Assembly (NCBI GenBank): GCA_964016885.1
Contig: OZ024744.1
Span: 5,456,001-5,520,000 of the forward strand
Direction of reading: 5' to 3'
Origin: Eledone cirrhosa
Lineage: Eukaryota
DNA: 64,000 nt
Part shown: positions 56,501 through 64,000 of the stretch, piece after piece
Layout: every line of letters begins with the position of its first letter
Position numbering within the stretch: position 1 is the first letter of the stretch
Notes under the pieces: generated by a model
What the model saw: the letters and a program-made list of their open reading frames with translations, nothing else
Databases searched by the model: none
Told to the model about the DNA's origin: nothing
Made by a program: the position numbers and the translations under genes

Positions 56501-58952
56501 GTGACATATTTAGGTGGTAACTGTGGTATAGACAGTTCATCAAGATCAACGGTAGTACCTCACTATATGTGACATATTTAGGTGGTAACTGTGGTATAGA
56601 GTTCATCAGGATCAACGGTAGTACCTCACTATATGTGACATATTTAGGTGGTAACTGTGGTATAGACAGTTCATCAGGATCAACGGTAGTACCTCACTAT
56701 ATGTGACATATTTAGGTGGTTACGGTGGTATAGACAGTTCATCAATATCAACGGTAGTACCTCACTATATGTGACATATTTAGGTGGTAACTGTGGTATA
56801 GAGTTCATCAGGATTAACGGTAGTACCTCACTATATGTGACATATTTAGGTGGTAACTGTGGTATAGAGTTCATCAGGATTAACGGTAGTACCTCACTAT
56901 ATGTGACATATTTAGGTGGTAACTGTGGTATAGACAGTTCATCAGGATCAACGGTAGTACCTCACTATATGTGACATATTTAGGTGGTAACTGTGGTATA
57001 GACAGTCCATCAAGATCAACGGTAGTACCTCACTATATGTGACATATTTATGTGGTAACTGTAGTATAGAGTTCATCAGGATCAACGGTAGTACCTCACT
57101 ATATGTGACATATTTAGGTGGTAACTGTGGTATAGACAGTCCATCAAGATCAACGGTAGTACCTCACTATATGTGACATATTTAGGTGGTAACTGTGGTA
57201 TAGACAGTTCATCAGGATCAACGGTAGTACCTCACTATATGTGACATATTTAGGTGGTAACTGTGGTATAGAGTTCATCAGGATTAACGGTAGTACCTCA
57301 CTATATGTGACATATTTAGGTGGTAACTGTGGTATAGACAGTTCATCAGGATCAACGGTAGTACCTCACTATATGTGACATATTTAGGTGGTAACTGTGG
57401 TATAGACAGTTCATCAGGATCAACGGTAGTACCTCACTATATGTGACATATTTAGGTGGTAACTGTGGTATAGACAGTTCATCAGGATCAACGGTAGTAC
57501 CTCACTATATGTGACATATTTAGGTGGTAACTGTGGTATAGAGTTCATCAGGATTAACGGTAGTACCTCACTATATGTGACATATTTAGGTGGTAACTGT
57601 GGTATAGACAGTTCATCAGGATCAACGGTAGTACCTCACTATATGTGACATATTTAGGTGGTAACTGTGGTATAGACAGTCCATCAAGATCAACGGTAGT
57701 ACCTCACTATATGTGACATATTTAGGTGGTAACTGTAGTATAGAGTTCATCAGGATCAACGGTAGTACCTCACTATATGTGACATATTTAGGTGGTAACT
57801 GTGGTATAGACAGTCCATCAAGATCAACGGTAGTACCTCACTATATGTGACATATTTAGGTGGTAACTGTGGTATAGACAGTTCATCAGGATCAACGGTA
57901 GTACCTCACTCTATGTGACATATTTAGGTGGTAACTGTGGTATAGAGTTCATCAGGATCAACGGTAGTACCTCACTATATGTGACATATTTAGGTGGTAA
58001 CTGTGGTATAGACAGTTCATCAGGATCAACGGTAGTACCTCACTATATGTGACATATTTAGGTGGTAACTGTGGTATAGACAGTTCATCAGGATCAACGG
58101 TAGTACCTCACTATATGTGACATATTTAGGTGGTAACTGTGGTATAGACAGTTCATCAGGATCAAAGGTAGTACCTCACTATATGTGACATATTGAGGTG
58201 GTTACGGTGGTATAGACAGTTCATCAGGATCAAAGGTAGTACCTCACTATATGTGACATATTTAGGTGGTAACTGTGGTATAGACAGTTCATCAGGATCA
58301 ACGGTAGTACCTCACTATATGTGACATATTTAGGTGGTAACTGTGGTATAGAGTTCATCAAGATCAACGGTAGTACCTCACTATATGTGACATATTTAGG
58401 TGGTAACTGTGGTATAGAGTTCATCAGGATCAACGGTAGTACCTCACTATATGTGACATATTTAGGTGGTAACTGTGGTATAGACAGTTCATCAAGATCA
58501 ACGGTAGTACCTCACTATATGTGACATATTTAGGTGGTAACTGTGGTATAGAGTTCATCAGGATTAACGGTAGTACCTCACTATATGTGACATATTTAGG
58601 TGGTAACTGTGGTATAGACAGTTCATCAGGATCAACGGTAGTACCTCACTATATGTGACATATTTAGGTGGTTACGGTGGTATAGACAGTTCATCAAGAT
58701 CAACGGTAGTACCTCACTATATGTGACATATTTAGGTGGTAACTGTGGTATAGAGTTCATCAGGATTAACGGTAGTACCTCACAATATGTGACATATTTA
58801 GGTGGTAACTGTAGTATAGAGTTCATCAGGATCAAGGGTAGTACCTCACTATATGTCACATATTTAGGTGGTAACTGTGGTATAGACAGTTCATCAGGAT
58901 CAACGGTAGTACCTCACTATATGTGACATATTTAGGTGGTAACTGTGGTATA
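52638..58952. repeat. Satellite B near-perfect tandem duplication, 2 x 3158 bp (~47 monomers)
   Basis: ORF offsets are 3158 (52924/56082, 53522/56680, 55072/58230, 55474/58632). Markers TAACCGTGG, TCAATATC, TTTATGTGG and ATGTCACAT repeat. Confidence 0.9.
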
Positions 58953-60708
58953 GACAGTCCATCAAGATCAACGGTAGTACCTCACTATATGTGACATATT
59001 TAGGTGGTAACTGTAGTATAGAGTTCATCAGGATCAACGGTAGTACCTCACTATATGTGACATATTTAGGTGGTAACTGTGGTATAGACAGTCCATCAAG
59101 ATCAACGGTAGTACCTCACTATATGTGACATATTTAGGTGGTAACTGTGGTATAGAGAGTTCATCAGGATCAACGGTAGTACCTCACTCTATGTGACATA
59201 TTTAGGTGGTAACTGTGGTATAGAGTTCATCAGGATCAACGGTAGTACCTCACTATATGTGACATATTTAGGTGGTAACTGTGGTATAGACAGTTCATCA
59301 GGATCAACGGTAGTACCTCACTATATGTGACATATTTAGGTGGTAACTGTGGTATAGACAGTTCATCAGGTTCAACGGTAGTACCTCACTATATGTGACA
59401 TATTTAGGTGGTAACTGTGATATAGAGTTCATCAGGATCAACGGTAGTACCTCACTATATGTGACATATTTAGGTGGTAACTGTGGTATAGACAGTTCAT
59501 CAGGATCAACGGTAGTACCTCACAATATATGACATATTTAGGTGGTAACTGTGGTATAGACAGTCCATCAGGATCAACGGTAGTACCTCACTATATGTGA
59601 CATATTTAGGTGGTAACTGTGGTATAGACAGTTCATCAAGATTAACGGTAGTACCTCACTATATATGACATATTTAGGTGGTAACTGTGGTATAAACAGT
59701 TCATCAGGATCAACGGTAGTACCTCACTATATGTGACATATTTAGGTGGTAACTGTGGTATAGACAGTTCATCAGGATCAACGGTAGTACCTCACTATAT
59801 GTGACATATTTAGGTGGCAACTGTGGTATAGAGTTCATCAGGATCAACGGTAGTACCTCACTATATGTGACATATTTAGGTGGTAACTGTGGTATAGACA
59901 GTTCATCAGGATCAACGGTAGTACCTAACTACATGTGACATATTTAGGTGGTAACTGTGGTATAGACAGTTCATCAGGTTCAACGGTAGTACCTCACTAT
60001 ATGTGACATATTTAGGTGGCAACTGTGGTATAGACAGTTCATCAGGATCAACTGTAGTACCTCACTATATGTGACATATTTAGGTGGTAACTGTGGTATA
60101 GACAGTTCATCAGGATCAACGGTAGTACCTCACTATATGTGACATATTTAGGTGGTAACTGTGGTATAGACAGTTCATCAGGATCAACGGTAGTACCTCA
60201 CTATATGTGACATATTTAGGTGGTAACTGTGGTATAGACAGTTCATCAGGATCAACGGTAGTACCTCACTATATGTGACATATTTAGGTGGCAACTGTGG
60301 TATAGACAGTTCATCAGGATCAACGGTAGTACCTCACTATATGTGACATATTTAGGTGGTAACTGTGGTATAGACAGTTCATCAGGATCAACGGTAGTAC
60401 CTCACTATATGTGACATATTTAGGTGGTAACTGTGGTATAGACAGTTCATCAGGATCAACGGTAGTACCTCACTATATGTGACATATTTAGGTGGTAACT
60501 GTGGTATAGACAGTTCATCAGGATCAACGGTAGTACCTCACTATATGTGACATATTAAGGTGTTAACTGTGGTATAGACAGTTCATCAGGATCAAAGGTA
60601 GTACCTCACTATATGTGACATATTTAGGTGGTAACTGTGGTATAGACAGTTCATCAGGATCAACGGTAGTACCTCACTATATGTGACATATTTAGGTGGT
60701 AACTGTGG

Positions 60709-63518
60709 TATAGAGTTCATCAGGATCAACGGTAGTACCTCACTATATGTGACATATTTAGGTGGTAACTGTGATATAGACAGTTCATCAGGATCAACTG
60801 TAATACCTAACTATATGTGACACATTTAGGTGGTAACTGTGGTATAGACAGTTCATCAGGATCAACGGTAGTACCTCACTATATGTGACATATTTAGGTG
60901 GTAACTGTGGTATAGAGTTCATCAGGATCAACGGTAGTACCTCACTATATGTGACATATTTAGGTGGTAACTGTGGTATAGAGTTCATCAGGATCAACGG
61001 TAGTACCTCACTATATGTGACATATTTAGGTGGTAACTGTGGTATAGACAGTTCATCAGGATCAACGGTAGTACCTCACTATATGTGACATATTTAGGTG
61101 GTAACTGTGGTATAGACAGTCCATCATGATCAACGGTAGTACCTCACTATATGTGACATATTTAGGTGGTAACTGTGGTATAGACAGTTCATCAGGATCA
61201 ACGGTAGTACCTCACTATATGTGACATATTTAGGTGGTAACTGTGGTATAGACAGTTCATCAAGATCAACGGTAGTACCTCACTATATGTGACATATTTA
61301 GGTGGCAACTGTGGTATAGAGTTCATCAGGATCAACGGTAGTACCTCACTACATGTGACATATTTAGGTGGCAACTGTGGTATAGAGTTCATCAGGATAA
61401 ACGGTAGTACCTCACTCTATGTGACATATTTAGGTGGTTACTGTAGTATAGAGTTCATCAGGATCAACGGTAGTACCTCACTATATGTGACATATTTAGG
61501 TGGTAACTGTGGTATAGACAGTTCATCAGGATCAACGGTAGTACCTCACTATATGTGACATATTTAGGTGGCAACTGAGGTATAGAGTTCATCAGGATCA
61601 ACGGTAGTACCTCACTATATGTGACATATTTAGGTGGTAACTGTGGTATAGAGTTCATCAGGATCAACGGTAGTACCTCACTATATGTGACATATTTAGG
61701 TGGTAACTGTGGTATAGAGTTCATCAGGATCAACGGTAGTACCTCACTATATGTGACATATTTAGGTGGTAACTGTGGTATAGACAGTCCATCATGATCA
61801 ACGGTAGTACCTCACTATATGTGACATATTTAGGTGGTAACTGTGGTATAGACAGTTCATCAGGATCAACGGTAGTACCTCACTATATGTGACATATTTA
61901 GGTGGTAACTGTGGTATAGACAGTTCATCAAGATCAACGGTAGTACCTCACTATATGTGACATATTTAGGTGGCAACTGTGGTATAGTTTTCATCAGTAT
62001 CAACGGTAGTACCTCACTACATGTGACATATTTAGGTGGCAACTGTGGTATAGAGTTCATCAGGATCAACGGTAGTACCTCACTCTATGTGACATATTTA
62101 GGTGGTTACTGTAGTATAGAGTTCATCAGGATCAACGGTAGTACCACACTATATGTGACATATTTAGGTGGTAACTGTGGTATAGACAGTCCATCATGAT
62201 CAACGGTAGTACCTCACTATATGTGACATATTTAGGTGGTAACTGTGGTATAGACAGTTCATCAGGATCAACGGTAGTACCTCACTATATGTGACATATT
62301 TAGGTGGTAACTGTGGTATAGACAGTTCATCAAGATCAACGGTAGTACCTCACTATATGTGACATATTTAGGTGGCAACTGTGGTATAGAGTTCATCAGG
62401 ATCAACGGTAGTACCTCACTACATGTGACATATTTAGGTGGCAACTGTGGTATAGAGTTCATCAGGATCAACGGTAGTACCTCACTCTATGTGACATATT
62501 TAGGTGGTTACTGTAGTATAGAGTTCATCAGGATCAACGGTAGTACCTCACTATATGTGACATATTTAGGTGGTAACTGTGATATAGACAGTTCATCAGG
62601 ATCAACTGTAATACCTAACTATATGTGACACATTTAGGTGGTAACTGTGGTATAGACAGTTCATCAGGATCAACGGTAGTACCTCACTATATGTGACATA
62701 TTTAGGTGGTAACTGTGGTATAGAGTTCATCAGGATCAACGGTAGTACCTCACTATATGTGACATATTTAGGTGGTAACTGTGGTATAGAGTTCATCAGG
62801 ATCAACGGTAGTACCTCACTATATGTGACATATTTAGGTGGTAACTGTGGTATAGACTGTTCATCAGGATCAACGGTAGTACCTCACTATATGTGACATA
62901 TTTAGGTGGTAACTGTGGTATAGACAGTCCATCATGATCAACGGTAGTACCTCACTATATGTGACATATTTAGGTGGTAACTGTGGTATAGACAGTTCAT
63001 CAGGATCAACGGTAGTACCTCACTATATGTGACATATTTAGGTGGTAACTGTGGTATAGACAGTTCATCAAGATCAACGGTAGTACCTCACTATATGTGA
63101 CATATTTAGGTGGCAACTGTGGTATAGAGTTCATCAGGATCAACGGTAGTACCTCACTACATGTGACATATTTAGGTGGCAACTGTGGTATAGAGTTCAG
63201 CAGGATCAACGGTAGTACCTCACTCTATGTGACATATTTAGGTGGTTACTGTAGTATAGAGTTCATCAGGATCAACGGTAGTACCTCACTATATGTGACA
63301 TATTTAGGTGGTAACTGTGGTATAGACAGTTCATCAGGATCAACGGTAGTACCTCACTATATGTGACATATTTAGGTGGCAACTGAGGTATAGAGTTCAT
63401 CAGGATCAACGGTAGTACCTCACTATATGTGACATATTTAGGTGGTAACTGTGGTATAGAGTTCATCAGGATCAACGGTAGTACCTCACTATATGTGACA
63501 TATTTAGGTGGTAACTGT
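60709..63518. repeat. Satellite B ~1-kb block repeated at offset 1808 bp, containing a ~6-monomer sub-block present 4 times
   Basis: ORF offsets are 1808 (60794/62602, 61198/63006, 61464/63272). Near-identical ORFs at 61198, 61866, 62268 and 63006 mark the ACTACATGTG…GGCAACT sub-block. Confidence 0.8.
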
Positions 63519-64000
63519 AGTATAGACAGTTCATCAGGATCAACGGTAGTACCTCACTCTATGTGACATATTTAGGTGGTAACTGTGGTATAGACAGTTC
63601 ATCAGGATCAACTGTAGTACCTCACTATATGTGACATATTTAGGTGGTAACTGTGGTATAGACAGTTAATCAGGATCAAGGGTAGTACCTCACTATATGT
63701 GACATATTTAGGTGGTATCTATGGTATAGACAGTTCATCAGGATCAACGGTAGTACCTCACTATATGTGACATATTTAGGTGGTAACTGTGGTATAGACA
63801 GTTCATCAGGATCAACGGTAGTACCTCACTATATGTGACATATTTAGGTGGTAACTGTGGTATAGAGTTCATCAGCATCAACGTTAGTACCTCACTCTAT
63901 GTGACATATTTAGGTGGTAACTGTGGTATAGACAGTTCATCAGGATCAACGGTAGTACCTCACTATATGTGACATATTTAGGTGGTAACTGTGGTATAGA

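Larger units (their letters stand above)
15615..64000. repeat. Satellite B: tandem array of ~720 monomers of 68 bp (…TATAGACAGTTC…) and 66 bp (…TATAGAGTTC…)
   Basis: The consensus GACAGTTCATCAGGATCAACGGTAGTACCTCACTATATGTGACATATTTAGGTGGTAACTGTGGTATA repeats uninterrupted in one orientation to the window end. Most monomers differ from consensus at 0-2 sites. The 22-aa periodicity of the ORF track matches the 66-bp form. Each monomer has one GATC and one GTAC. Confidence 0.98.

Noticed and set aside
16637-63475. Dozens of ORFs on both strands with 22-aa repeats (YVTYLGGNCGIEFIRINGSTSL / ILMNSIPQLPPKYVTYSEVLPL)
   Set aside because: 66 is divisible by 3, so any run of 66-mers gives an ORF. The majority 68-mer shifts frame and terminates it. 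Overlapping antisense ORFs and pervasive frameshifts argue against coding.
1-64000. CRISPR array (31-bp unit; 66-68-bp period with a palindrome resembles repeat+spacer periodicity)
   Set aside because: The whole period is conserved. There are no unique spacers, no leader and no cas genes.
15615-64000. Telomeric repeat (TTAGG/TTTAGG once per B monomer; GGGTTAG variant)
   Set aside because: The motif is a single 5-6-mer per monomer and never tandem, so it is easily chance. A subtelomeric or complex-telomere role cannot be supported without chromosomal position.
15615-64000. Tandem tRNA/5S/snRNA or SINE array (~68-bp unit containing GTTCA)
   Set aside because: There is no cloverleaf, no convincing A/B box pair and no oligo-T terminator, and the unit is too short for 5S.

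Overview
This window has no credible genes. It consists of two abutting head-to-tail tandem satellite arrays, as typically seen in eukaryotic heterochromatin; the organism cannot be identified from this sequence. Satellite A (1-~15616) has a 31-bp monomer, TAGCCGGTAAAGACACCAACAAACTATTGTG, with 25/26/28/30/33-bp length variants. It is moderately diverged and organised as about five rearranged copies of a 2-3 kb higher-order unit. Satellite B (~15615-64000, running off the window) has a 68-bp monomer, GACAGTTCATCAGGATCAACGGTAGTACCTCACTATATGTGACATATTTAGGTGGTAACTGTGGTATA, interspersed with a 66-bp form lacking CA. It is highly homogeneous and contains nested duplications with periods of 134, 1280, 1808, 2086, 3158, 3964, ~4300 and ~10,640 bp. 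The two arrays join with no spacer. All listed ORFs are translations of the repeats. The most interesting signals are: the sharp junction, possible shared ancestry of A and B, a dyad in the B monomer with stem-improving variants, and layered expansion in which junction-proximal B monomers share rare variants with the distal >44 kb domain rather than with their neighbours. I found no protein-coding or CRISPR-like system. Block boundaries and marker absences were read by eye and need computational confirmation.
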